From positions 333,356 to 397,355 of the forward strand of contig JBBTTO010000002.1 in the NCBI GenBank assembly GCA_038064195.1: a stretch of DNA of 64,000 nt, written 5' to 3'. Positions 36,810 through 45,460 of this stretch are shown here, one piece after another (the stretch's first letter is position 1; each line of letters begins with the position of its first letter). This DNA is from Patescibacteria group bacterium (GTDB lineage: Bacteria; Patescibacteriota; Microgenomatia; Levybacterales; UBA12049). The notes beneath the pieces were generated by a model. That model was not told the origin of the DNA and searched no databases. It was given only the letters and a program-made list of their open reading frames with translations. The translations under genes and the position numbers were made by a program.

Positions 36810-38699
36810 ATGACTAATTTCACTGACTGGGAAAAGAAGGCTAATCTCCTTCGCAAACTAATTTTAACTTCAACAACAGCTGCCGGGTCGGGCCACGTTA
36901 CCTCAAGTTTCTCGGCAGTTGAATTGGGAACTGTGCTTTTTGATAAATATTTTAGCTATGATCTTGATAACCCGCTGTCGTTAACCAATGATCGTTTTGT
37001 CTTGTCTAAAGGCCATGCGTCACCATTATTTTACGGATTGTATGCAATGAGCGGTGCTTTTCCTCTTGAGGATTTACAGACACTACGAAAACTCGGCAGT
37101 AACTTAGAAGGCCATCCGACATCTCATTTTAAATATACCGATGCAGCGACGGGGTCTTTGGGACAAGGGTTATCTGTGGGTAACGGACTTGCATATTATC
37201 TCAAAGATCAAAGACCAAAGACCAAAGATCAAAAAAATCCTAAGGTTTTTGTCATGTTAGGTGACGGGGAGTGTGCCGAGGGTCAGGTCTGGGAAGCGGC
37301 AAATTTTGCGTCTTATTACAAATTGAATAACCTCATTGCGATTGCTGACATTAACAGATTGGGACAAAGTCAGGCGACAATGTTCGGCCACCAAATGAAT
37401 AACTATCAAAAAAGATTTGAGGCGTTCGGTTTTGAGACTGTGGTTATCAAGGGGCATAATTTGACTGAGATTGATAACGCTTTTACACAAGCTGTTGAGA
37501 ATAGGACAGGAAAACCCTTCATTATTCTGGCAGAGACGGTAAAAGGTAAGGGGGTTTCATTTCTTGAGGATAAAGACGGTTGGCATGGGAAAGCTCTTAA
37601 AAAAGAAGATCTTGAGAAAGCGCTTGCTGAATTGGGTGAAGTTGATGAGAGTGTCAGATTTGAATTAAGAAAACCAGAGGTCATTGCGAGCGTGGCGAAG
37701 CAATCTGATAAAAAGATTGCCACGTCGTCTACGACTCCTCGCAATGACATATTATTTGACTTCAAAAAAGGTGAGGAGGTTGGGACCCGAGAGGTATACG
37801 GCAAGGCACTCTCCCAACTTGCCCGGGAAGATGAGCGGATCTTTTCGCTGGATGCTGATATGAAGAATTCGACTTTCAGCGAGGATTTTCTTAAGATTTG
37901 GCCGGAACGATTTATAGAATGCTTTATCGCTGAACAGAATATGGTAAGTGTGGCAGTCGGACTCGCGAGGCTGGGGAGGAAGCCGTTTGTTTCAACCTTT
38001 GCTTCTTTTCTTACCCGGGCCGCTGATCAAATACGTATGGCCGCGGTTTCAAGAGCGAATATCGCTTTTGTGGGTGCTCACGTCGGAGTCTCAATCGGTG
38101 AGGATGGTCCGTCGCAAATGGGACTTGAGGATATTGCTCTTTTTGGGACAATTCCTGACTCAATTGTTTTGCAACCGAGTGATGTTGTCTCGATGACAAA
38201 GCTTATTCCACACCTTTTGTCTCACGAACATATCTCATATCTCAGAATGCTTCGACCCAAAACACCTGTACTCTACGAAAACGATGAAGAATTCAGTGTC
38301 GGAGGATCGAAAGTTTTACGCTCGACTGCTAAAGATGTCCTGACAGTTGCTGCGACAGGAATTACAGTCCATGAGGCTCTCAAGGCTCAACAAGAATTGG
38401 AGAAAGAGGGGATTATGATTCGAGTTATTGATTGTTATAGCATCAAACCTGTCGACAAAACAACTTTGCGATTTTGTCTCTCTGAGACTTTGAAATCTAT
38501 TATCATTACCGTTGAAGATCATTACGAGCACGGAGGACTTGGTGACTTTGTCCTGGCGGCAATGAGTGAGCGGGGCGGGACAGTGTACAAAATGGCAGTC
38601 GATCATATCTCGCGCTCGGGAACCAAGGATGAATTACTGTCTGATGCGAAGATCAGCGCTTCAGCAATTGTACAAAAAGTCAAAAATCTTCTAGACTAG
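36810..38699 (+). CDS. tkt: Transketolase (single chain)
   Basis: GSGHVTS, LSKGHA, GSLGQG, GDGECAEG, IAEQNM, GEDGPSQ; start at MTNFTDW (the ORF-track extension runs through a repeat). Confidence 0.95.
   Translation: MTNFTDWEKKANLLRKLILTSTTAAGSGHVTSSFSAVELGTVLFDKYFSYDLDNPLSLTNDRFVLSKGHASPLFYGLYAMSGAFPLEDLQTLRKLGSNLEGHPTSHFKYTDAATGSLGQGLSVGNGLAYYLKDQRPKTKDQKNPKVFVMLGDGECAEGQVWEAANFASYYKLNNLIAIADINRLGQSQATMFGHQMNNYQKRFEAFGFETVVIKGHNLTEIDNAFTQAVENRTGKPFIILAETVKGKGVSFLEDKDGWHGKALKKEDLEKALAELGEVDESVRFELRKPEVIASVAKQSDKKIATSSTTPRNDILFDFKKGEEVGTREVYGKALSQLAREDERIFSLDADMKNSTFSEDFLKIWPERFIECFIAEQNMVSVAVGLARLGRKPFVSTFASFLTRAADQIRMAAVSRANIAFVGAHVGVSIGEDGPSQMGLEDIALFGTIPDSIVLQPSDVVSMTKLIPHLLSHEHISYLRMLRPKTPVLYENDEEFSVGGSKVLRSTAKDVLTVAATGITVHEALKAQQELEKEGIMIRVIDCYSIKPVDKTTLRFCLSETLKSIIITVEDHYEHGGLGDFVLAAMSERGGTVYKMAVDHISRSGTKDELLSDAKISASAIVQKVKNLLD
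37202..37236 (+). repeat. 7-mer array inside tkt
   Basis: caaagat|caaagac|caaagac|caaagat|caaaaaa (KDQRPKTKDQK). Confidence 0.75.
37680..37748. mobile_element. 69-bp REP/RPE-like palindromic element inserted in frame in tkt
   Basis: Perfect 11-bp terminal inverted repeat GTCATTGCGAG/CTCGCAATGAC; inner stems GCAATCT/AGATTGC and GTCGT/ACGAC; exactly 23 codons. Confidence 0.85.
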
Positions 38700-38715
38700 A
38701 GGATACATCCTGCCT

Positions 38716-39093
38716 ATGGCTTTCCCGCATCATCACGAAAAGCGTAAAATCATGATTAATCTGTTTACTCTTCCGATGATCATCGGAATATTGGCCTTAG
38801 CCACCGTATTCAGTGCCCCGGTCAGACGGATTGTGAATATCCCCCAGAAAATTATCTTAGGCGCTAAAGATAATCGTTTACAGGAGGTCACTAAGGAGAA
38901 TTTTTCAAAAGAGATAGTCGATGATACAAAGGATCAACTTGATACCATGAAAACGGATGTTCTCAAGACTACTGTCGGGGAGATACTAGAATTTCTCAGT
39001 AAGGGAAGTAAAATTACCAAAGATCTTAACGGTGTGCAACAGCAGGCAGGCGGACTTTTTGATACATATACCAACCTCGACTTTATAAAGTAA
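38716..39093 (+). CDS. Hypothetical membrane-anchored protein
   Basis: N-terminal hydrophobic segment; fills the gap after tkt. Confidence 0.65.
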   Translation: MAFPHHHEKRKIMINLFTLPMIIGILALATVFSAPVRRIVNIPQKIILGAKDNRLQEVTKENFSKEIVDDTKDQLDTMKTDVLKTTVGEILEFLSKGSKITKDLNGVQQQAGGLFDTYTNLDFIK

Positions 39094-39151
39094 CTGCCGA
39101 TCTCTCCGGAGTTGACACTCCGTCTCTCATCAATTACGCTGATGATACTCA

Positions 39152-40420
39152 ATGAACAAAGTAAAAAAACTCCTTAAAGTACTCGGCCCCGGATTCATAA
39201 CCGGTGCATCAGATGATGACCCCTCAGGCATCGGGACCTACGCACAGACGGGGGCTATGTTTGGCTATAATCAGCTCTGGACGGCTCTTTTTTCGCTGCC
39301 TTTTATGACTGTCGTTCAGGAAATGTGCGGCAGGATCGGGATGGTAACCGGGACAGGGTTGGCCGGAGTACTGAAAATCCATTACACCCGCAAGGTTCTT
39401 TATATAGCCGTCGGGATATTATTTATTGCCAATACGATCAATATCGGCGCAGATTTAGGGGCAATGGCCGCATCAGCCCAACTGATCCTGGGTATCCCTT
39501 TTTGGGTATGGCTGCTTATTATTACCGCGACTACGATCTCGCTTGAGGTCTTTGTCTCCTATCCTGCCTATGCAAGACTGCTTAAATACCTGACTCTCTC
39601 GCTTTTTGCCTACATTGTCACAGTCTTTGTCATCAAGCAGGATTGGATGCATATTCTGTCGGGAACAATCATTCCGAGTTTTACTTTTAATAAAGATTAC
39701 CTGCTAAATATCGTGGCGCTTTTGGGGACAACAATTTCCCCTTATCTTTTTTTCTGGCAGGCAGATGAGGAGGTCGAAGAGGAGATAGAGCATCACCAAC
39801 TCCGTGCGATGGGAAAGGGTGTGCCGAGAATTACCAAGAGAGATATTCGGGAGATGCGACTGGATACGATTGTCGGTATGCTTTTTTCAAATATTGTGAT
39901 GTTTTTTATCATCGTGACGACTGCTTCAACACTGGGAGCACACGGGATAAAAGATATCCAAACAGCCGATCAGGCAGCTTCAGCCCTAAGGCCTTTTGCC
40001 GGGGATTTTGCTTTCCTGCTTTTTGCACTGGGGATCATCGGTACGGGGCTTTTGGCCGTTCCGATCCTGGCAGGATCTGCCTCGTACGCGATTTCTGAGG
40101 CTTTTAATATGAAAGCAGGATTGAGTAAACGATTTACTCAAGCACATGGGTTTTATGCGATAATTGCGCTTGCGACCCTACTCGGATTTTTGATCAACTT
40201 TACCTCAATTAAACCTTTTACTCTTCTCTATTACACGGCTATCCTCAACGGAGTTGCCGCTCCTCCCCTCCTGGTCTTGATTATGCTGACGGCTAATAAC
40301 TCAAAAATCATGGGGAAATATACCAATAACCGGACAGTCAATATGTTAGGGTGGGCTATAACAAGTGTTATGTCTTTGGCAGCCCTCGCTCTGGTTGCAA
40401 GCCTTATCTTCTTCAAGTAG
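39152..40420 (+). CDS. NRAMP-family divalent metal transporter
   Basis: LGPGFITGASDDDPSGIGTY, LGTTISPYLFFWQ; about 11 TM segments. Confidence 0.92.
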   Translation: MNKVKKLLKVLGPGFITGASDDDPSGIGTYAQTGAMFGYNQLWTALFSLPFMTVVQEMCGRIGMVTGTGLAGVLKIHYTRKVLYIAVGILFIANTINIGADLGAMAASAQLILGIPFWVWLLIITATTISLEVFVSYPAYARLLKYLTLSLFAYIVTVFVIKQDWMHILSGTIIPSFTFNKDYLLNIVALLGTTISPYLFFWQADEEVEEEIEHHQLRAMGKGVPRITKRDIREMRLDTIVGMLFSNIVMFFIIVTTASTLGAHGIKDIQTADQAASALRPFAGDFAFLLFALGIIGTGLLAVPILAGSASYAISEAFNMKAGLSKRFTQAHGFYAIIALATLLGFLINFTSIKPFTLLYYTAILNGVAAPPLLVLIMLTANNSKIMGKYTNNRTVNMLGWAITSVMSLAALALVASLIFFK

Positions 40421-40431
40421 AATGCCTCTGT

Positions 40432-41439
40432 ATGGATGATATAAAAGATAGATCACAGAAATTGCTCGAAAAAATAGATTTGGGACAAAAAAAGACGCGA
40501 ATCCTTGAGCTGCAAAAGGAAAGTGAAGATCCTGTTTTTTGGCAGGACCATAAGGCAGCAGGCGTGAAGATGAAAGAGCTCTCAACTCTGCAAAAAGAGA
40601 TTGAGGAGCTCGAGTTACTGCAGCTCTGGATAGATGAAGGGGAGATGGAGGAAGCGGGTAAATTACTTAAGAAATTAGAGACCCTCCTTTATTTTACTTC
40701 CCCATATGATGAGGGTAATGCGATTGTGGCAATTCATTCAGGTCAGGGAGGAACTGAGGCGATGGACTGGGCCGAGATGCTTTACCGGATGTATACGAGG
40801 TTTTTTGAGAAAAAAGGCTGGGGGTATGAAATTTTGGATGAAACTCCGGGTGAGGAAGCGGGGATTAAAAGCATTTCTCTGGCTGTTTCCGGCCCTTATG
40901 TGTATGGCCTTTTAAAACACGAAGCAGGGGTGCATCGTTTGGTCCGTCAGTCGCCTTTTAATGCTGATAAGCTGCGTCAGACATCCTTTGCCATGGTTGA
41001 AGTGCTGCCTCAGATAGATCAGGCAGGGGTGATTGAGATAAAAGACGATGAGATCGAATTTGATGCTTTCCGGGCAGGAGGACACGGGGGGCAAAACGTC
41101 AACAAAGTCTCGAGTGCAGTCAGGATCAAGCACATTCCAACCGGTATTGTCGTCACTGCTTCAGTTGAGAGACAGCAAAATCAAAATCGAGAGTTTGCAA
41201 TGAAGCTCCTTAAAGCTAAATTATGGCAACGGCAGGAAGAAGAGCGTCATAAAGAAGAACAGCGTATGAAAGGGGGGTATGTCACTCCCGGTTGGGGCAA
41301 TCAGATCCGCTCTTATGTCCTCCATCCCTATAAAATGGTGAAAGATTTGCGCACTGATGTCGAGACAGGCAATACAGACGCCGTCTTAGACGGTGATTTG
41401 GATCAATTTATCGAAGCGGAGCTAAGACAGTTGTCATGA
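40432..41439 (+). CDS. prfB: Peptide chain release factor 2
   Basis: SPF motif, GGHGGQNVNK, WGNQIRSY; start at MDDIK, 8 nt after TAGAAT. Confidence 0.96.
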   Translation: MDDIKDRSQKLLEKIDLGQKKTRILELQKESEDPVFWQDHKAAGVKMKELSTLQKEIEELELLQLWIDEGEMEEAGKLLKKLETLLYFTSPYDEGNAIVAIHSGQGGTEAMDWAEMLYRMYTRFFEKKGWGYEILDETPGEEAGIKSISLAVSGPYVYGLLKHEAGVHRLVRQSPFNADKLRQTSFAMVEVLPQIDQAGVIEIKDDEIEFDAFRAGGHGGQNVNKVSSAVRIKHIPTGIVVTASVERQQNQNREFAMKLLKAKLWQRQEEERHKEEQRMKGGYVTPGWGNQIRSYVLHPYKMVKDLRTDVETGNTDAVLDGDLDQFIEAELRQLS

Positions 41440-41440
41440 T

Positions 41441-41484
41441 GGGGCAAAAGGGAGGAAGGAGAGAAAAGAGACAAAGGAGGACTG
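41441..41484 (+). repeat. Left 9-mer array flanking the four-helix-bundle gene
   Basis: ggggcaaaa|gggaggaag|gagagaaaa|gagacaaag|gaggactg. Confidence 0.75.
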
Positions 41485-41853
41485 ATGGAGAAGTCGGGAA
41501 AAGGATATCACAAGCTTATTGTTTGGCAGAGAGCTAGGGAGTTGGTCAAAATAGTATACGAGCATACAGATGCTTTCCCGAAGGCTGAAGAGTTTGGTTT
41601 GAAAGGACAAATTCGTCGTGCAAGTGTTTCGGTGGTCCTCAATATAGTAGAAGGCTATAGGAGATCTTCCAGAAAAGATTATATCCATTTTTTAACCATC
41701 GCCAATGGGTCGCTTTCTGAAACAGAAGCAGCTATGGAGCTTTCTGTCGACTTAAAGTATCTTACCGAAGCTAATTACGAGATACTTGAGAAAAAACGGG
41801 GTGAAGTTGCCTATTTATTGTATCAATTAATCAAAAGTTTAAAGGCTAAATAA
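41485..41853 (+). CDS. Four helix bundle protein (23S rRNA IVP / Avd-like family)
   Basis: YHKLIVWQRA...FPKAEEFGLKGQIRRASVSVVLNIVEG...FLTIANGSLSE. Confidence 0.92.
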   Translation: MEKSGKGYHKLIVWQRARELVKIVYEHTDAFPKAEEFGLKGQIRRASVSVVLNIVEGYRRSSRKDYIHFLTIANGSLSETEAAMELSVDLKYLTEANYEILEKKRGEVAYLLYQLIKSLKAK

Positions 41854-41854
41854 A

Positions 41855-41900
41855 CTCCCTTTGTTACCTTTGTCCCCTTTGCCCCTTTCTTCCCCTCTCT
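41855..41900 (-). repeat. Right (inverted) 9-mer array flanking the four-helix-bundle gene
   Basis: Minus strand reads gggaagaaa|ggggcaaag|gggacaaag|gtaacaaag|ggag. Confidence 0.8.
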
Positions 41901-41987
41901 CGTGGGGTTGTCAAATGATCACAAATGTGGTTAACTAGATACTGTCTTGGAGCAAGTTCCGAAGGCGCGGGGAAGGTGAGATAAGCG

Positions 41988-42437
41988 ATGGAAGAAAAAA
42001 AAGAAGAATCATCCTCCTTGATGCACGATCTAAAGGAATCATCAACCGGAGAAAATCGTATGAAATTTATCGGAATTTTTATTATTGTCGTACTTCTGGG
42101 TGTAGGTACCGGGTATGGGTTAACAAAGGTGACGGGCTCCGGTCCAACTCAAGGAAGTGTCCCGGGTAGCTCAGCTCCTCAAGGGGCAACTTATGGTACG
42201 TCCAATACTAAGGATTACCCTGATGTGGCCGAGGGAGTACTTCGTAAAGGCGGTATAGAAGACGAAGGAGCTTTCCATTTGGAGCGTCCGGGGGGGGAGA
42301 GCCAGAATGTCTATATGACCTCAAGCAACGTCGATCTCGCGAAATTGGTCGGTAAAAAAATAAAGGTTTGGGGACAGACTCAATCTGCACAGCATGCCGG
42401 ATGGCTCATGGACGTTGGAAAAGTTGAGGTGCTATGA
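41988..42437 (+). CDS. Hypothetical single-TM protein, possible OB-fold-like C-terminus
   Basis: TM followed by EGVL...LVGKKIKVWG...DVGKVEVL; overlaps the ftsE start (ATGA). Confidence 0.75.
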   Translation: MEEKKEESSSLMHDLKESSTGENRMKFIGIFIIVVLLGVGTGYGLTKVTGSGPTQGSVPGSSAPQGATYGTSNTKDYPDVAEGVLRKGGIEDEGAFHLERPGGESQNVYMTSSNVDLAKLVGKKIKVWGQTQSAQHAGWLMDVGKVEVL

Positions 42438-43270
42438 TCCGACTACTAGAAGTAACAAAGACATACGGGACAGGCACATCTGCTCTGTCTGATATCTCCC
42501 TTTCAATTGACAAAGGGGAGTTTGTTTTTATAGTGGGACCTTCAGGCTCAGGTAAGACGACGCTTCTTCGCCTCTTAATTCGTGATATGACTCCGACAAG
42601 AGGTACTATCACTCTCAACAACGTTGATATCGGAAAGCTCTCAAACAAAAAAGTTCCTCAGCTTCGTAAGCAAATAGGAGTTGTTTTTCAGGATCTTAAA
42701 ATGCTCATGGACAGAACAATTTATGAAAATATTCTGCTTCCCTTGGAGATGGCAGGAATGGATCATAAAGAGGCTGAACAGAAAGTTCATAAGATATTGA
42801 CTCAAGTCGGGATAGAGGAGCATATGGAAAAATTCCCTATTCAACTTTCTGGCGGAGAGCTGCAGCGTGCAGCTATCGCGCGTGCGCTTGTGTTCTCACC
42901 TGAGATCCTCCTTGCTGACGAGCCGACCGGGAATTTAGATAATACGACATCATGGGAGATTGTAAAATTATTGCAGGATATTAATAAATTGGGAACAACA
43001 GTTATCATGGCCACACACAATTTAGAAGTGGTCAACAGTCTGGACAAAAGAGTCGTTGAGCTTGAAAAAGGCAAGATGACACGTGATACTAAGAAAGGTC
43101 CTTCGACAAGCTCAGGACAAGATGTAAAAGAGACTAAACATGTGAAGAAACCTGAAGAGAAGGAAGACAAAAAAGATCTGGAAAAAAAACCGGAAGTTGA
43201 GGAAAAAGATTCTTCGATAAATCTGCCTGCCGGCAGGCAGGACTCAGAACAAGGCAAACATAAACAATGA
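42434..43270 (+). CDS. ftsE: Cell division ATP-binding protein FtsE with a charged C-terminal tail
   Basis: GPSGSGKTT, IGVVFQD, LSGGELQR, LADEPTGNLD; precedes ftsX. Confidence 0.93.
   Translation: MIRLLEVTKTYGTGTSALSDISLSIDKGEFVFIVGPSGSGKTTLLRLLIRDMTPTRGTITLNNVDIGKLSNKKVPQLRKQIGVVFQDLKMLMDRTIYENILLPLEMAGMDHKEAEQKVHKILTQVGIEEHMEKFPIQLSGGELQRAAIARALVFSPEILLADEPTGNLDNTTSWEIVKLLQDINKLGTTVIMATHNLEVVNSLDKRVVELEKGKMTRDTKKGPSTSSGQDVKETKHVKKPEEKEDKKDLEKKPEVEEKDSSINLPAGRQDSEQGKHKQ
43100..43120. repeat. Mini element ccttcgacaagctcaggacaa within the ftsE reading frame (PSTSSGQ)
   Basis: Reverse-complement match to 21068-21084. Confidence 0.7.
43211..43252. mobile_element. Second mini-element copy interrupted by a 21-bp insert containing a perfect 18-bp palindrome
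   Basis: tcttcgataaa [t-ctgcctgccggcaggcag-ga] ctcagaacaa. Confidence 0.75.
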
Positions 43271-44133
43271 AAACAACTAGTACAGCCTGGAAACACATTC
43301 GTCGCTCGCCGTATCAGGCATTGGCGGCTATCTTGATCATGATGCTGACCTTTCTTGTCGTCTCAATGTTCACGATGGTGATCGTCAGCTCCAGTCAAAT
43401 TATCTCTTATTTTGAAGCATCTCCTAAGGTAACCGCTTTTTTTAAGGAAGATACACAGCAGCCCACAATCGATGCCTTAGCTGACTCACTGAAAGCCACG
43501 GGTAAAGTCTCAAGTATAAAATTCGTCTCAAAAGAGGAAGCATTCAGGCGCTATAGCAACTGGAATAAAGATAATCCGGTCCTTTTGGATCTGGTCAATG
43601 CCGATGTCCTGCCTCCCTCACTTGAGATATCAACCTATAAAATTGAGGATCTGGATTCGATTGCGAAAGTCCTTAAAGATTCGTCCTATGTCTCAGACGT
43701 CGTATTCCTCAAAGACGTCGTCTCAACGCTTATCTCTTGGACTGATGCGATGCGTAAGATCGGTCTCGTACTCGTGATTATCCTTGTTATCGTCTCAATC
43801 TTTGTCATGACAACAATCATCGGCTTTAAGATCTCACAAAAGCGTGAAGAGATTGAGATTATGCGGCTCCTTAGTGCGACCAACTGGTATATCAGATGGC
43901 CATTTTTACTCGAAGGGATGTTTTATGGATTTTTAGGCGCGATGCTCGGCTGGCTGCTTACCTTCGGCCTCACTCTCTATGCGCGGCCATTCCTGCTCTC
44001 ATTTGTACGGGAAATCCCTCTCATGACCCTTTCTCCTTATTTCCTCCTTGCTTTACTCGGTCTGGAGATCGGATTTGCACTAATGCTTGGCGCGATCGCC
44101 AGCTTTTTGGCAGTTTTGCGTTATTTGAAGTAA
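43267..44133 (+). CDS. ftsX: Cell division permease FtsX
   Basis: FVSKEEA, LPPSLEI, EEIEIMRLLSATNWYIRWPFLLEG. Confidence 0.93.
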   Translation: MKTTSTAWKHIRRSPYQALAAILIMMLTFLVVSMFTMVIVSSSQIISYFEASPKVTAFFKEDTQQPTIDALADSLKATGKVSSIKFVSKEEAFRRYSNWNKDNPVLLDLVNADVLPPSLEISTYKIEDLDSIAKVLKDSSYVSDVVFLKDVVSTLISWTDAMRKIGLVLVIILVIVSIFVMTTIIGFKISQKREEIEIMRLLSATNWYIRWPFLLEGMFYGFLGAMLGWLLTFGLTLYARPFLLSFVREIPLMTLSPYFLLALLGLEIGFALMLGAIASFLAVLRYLK

Positions 44134-44143
44134 AATCATCCCT

Positions 44144-45418
44144 ATGAATAATGTCCTTCGCCGCTTATGGCTGATTAGTCTTTTTTTGGCCGTTATTTTT
44201 CTTGCTGTTCCTAAGATGCCTATCCTTGCCGAGCCTACTACCCCTACCCCGACCCCTACAGGAAGTGTAACACCAACTCCTGATAACTCAGGACAGGTCA
44301 ATGATTTGAATAATAAAATCAAAGAACTAGAAAGTAAGGTATCTGATCTTCAATCTCAGGAGAAGTCTCTCTCATCACAAATTTCAGTGATGGATAATCA
44401 GATTAAGCTGACACAGTATCGGATTGATTATACTAAGCAACAGATCACTCAGCTGAATGATGATATTAATACGGCATCAACAAAAATCAGCCATCTTGAT
44501 AGCTCCCTCACCTCAATTACCAAGACACTCCTTAACAGAATCTCCGCGACATATCAGCTGGGTAATGTTGAGCCTTTACAACTTCTACTCTCGTCGCAAA
44601 GTTTTACGGATTTTTTTGACCGTACTAACTACATAAAAATCGTTCAGGCACATGATAAAAAACTCATTTATAACACGGTCCAAGCCAAAAATGATTACGC
44701 AAATCAAAAACAAATCTTTGAGGATAAAAAACAGCAAGTCCTGGCTTTGCAAACACAGCTGGAGAACTATACTGCCCAACTCGATCAGGAGAAAATCAGT
44801 AAACAAAAGCTTCTCAATGAGACGCAGGGAAGTGAAGCAAATTATCAACGACTCCTGGCCCAGGCACGAGCACAGCTGGCGGGCTTTAGTCGCTTTACCC
44901 AGAGTCAGGGTGGCGCATCAATCTTAAGTGGTCAGACTGTTTGTGATGACTGGGGCTGTTACTACAACCAGCGTGATAGTCAGTGGGGAGGCAATGCTTT
45001 GAATGGCACTCAGTATACGCTAGCTAGTGATGGCTGTTTAGTTACTGCAATGGCAATGGTTTATACCCATTTTGGTCATCGCTCAGTTACTCCTCAGACA
45101 ATTAATAGTAGCTCAAATAACTTTGCATCTTATTATCCAGCCTATCTCAAATTCGATATCTCAGCCGATGGTGCTAATTACTCACGAGTCAGTATTAGTA
45201 GAGCGGAGATGGATAACCAGCTTGCCGCGGGTAATCCGGTTGTTGTTGGAATCAGTTATGATGGCGGACCAATATCAGATCATTTTGTAGTTATCGTGAG
45301 TGGATCAAATGGAGATTACTTGATGAATGATCCGTTTACTCCCAACGGACATCGAATTTCCTTTACCTCGAAATACTCAATCGGGAGTATTAACGATATC
45401 TATAAGGTAAATATTTAA
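44144..45418 (+). CDS. Secreted coiled-coil protein with C39-like cysteine peptidase domain (PcsB/CwlO-type FtsEX partner)
   Basis: Signal peptide, long coiled coil, YNQRDSQW...GCLVTAMAM...HFVV...NDP. Confidence 0.8.
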   Translation: MNNVLRRLWLISLFLAVIFLAVPKMPILAEPTTPTPTPTGSVTPTPDNSGQVNDLNNKIKELESKVSDLQSQEKSLSSQISVMDNQIKLTQYRIDYTKQQITQLNDDINTASTKISHLDSSLTSITKTLLNRISATYQLGNVEPLQLLLSSQSFTDFFDRTNYIKIVQAHDKKLIYNTVQAKNDYANQKQIFEDKKQQVLALQTQLENYTAQLDQEKISKQKLLNETQGSEANYQRLLAQARAQLAGFSRFTQSQGGASILSGQTVCDDWGCYYNQRDSQWGGNALNGTQYTLASDGCLVTAMAMVYTHFGHRSVTPQTINSSSNNFASYYPAYLKFDISADGANYSRVSISRAEMDNQLAAGNPVVVGISYDGGPISDHFVVIVSGSNGDYLMNDPFTPNGHRISFTSKYSIGSINDIYKVNI

Positions 45419-45460
45419 TCTGAATTTGCTCCTTTATCCAACTGTGCTATTCTGTACAAA

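Noticed and set aside
41485-41853. Diversity-generating retroelement (Avd-like protein)
   Set aside because: No reverse transcriptase and no TR/VR pair differing at adenines seen in the window.
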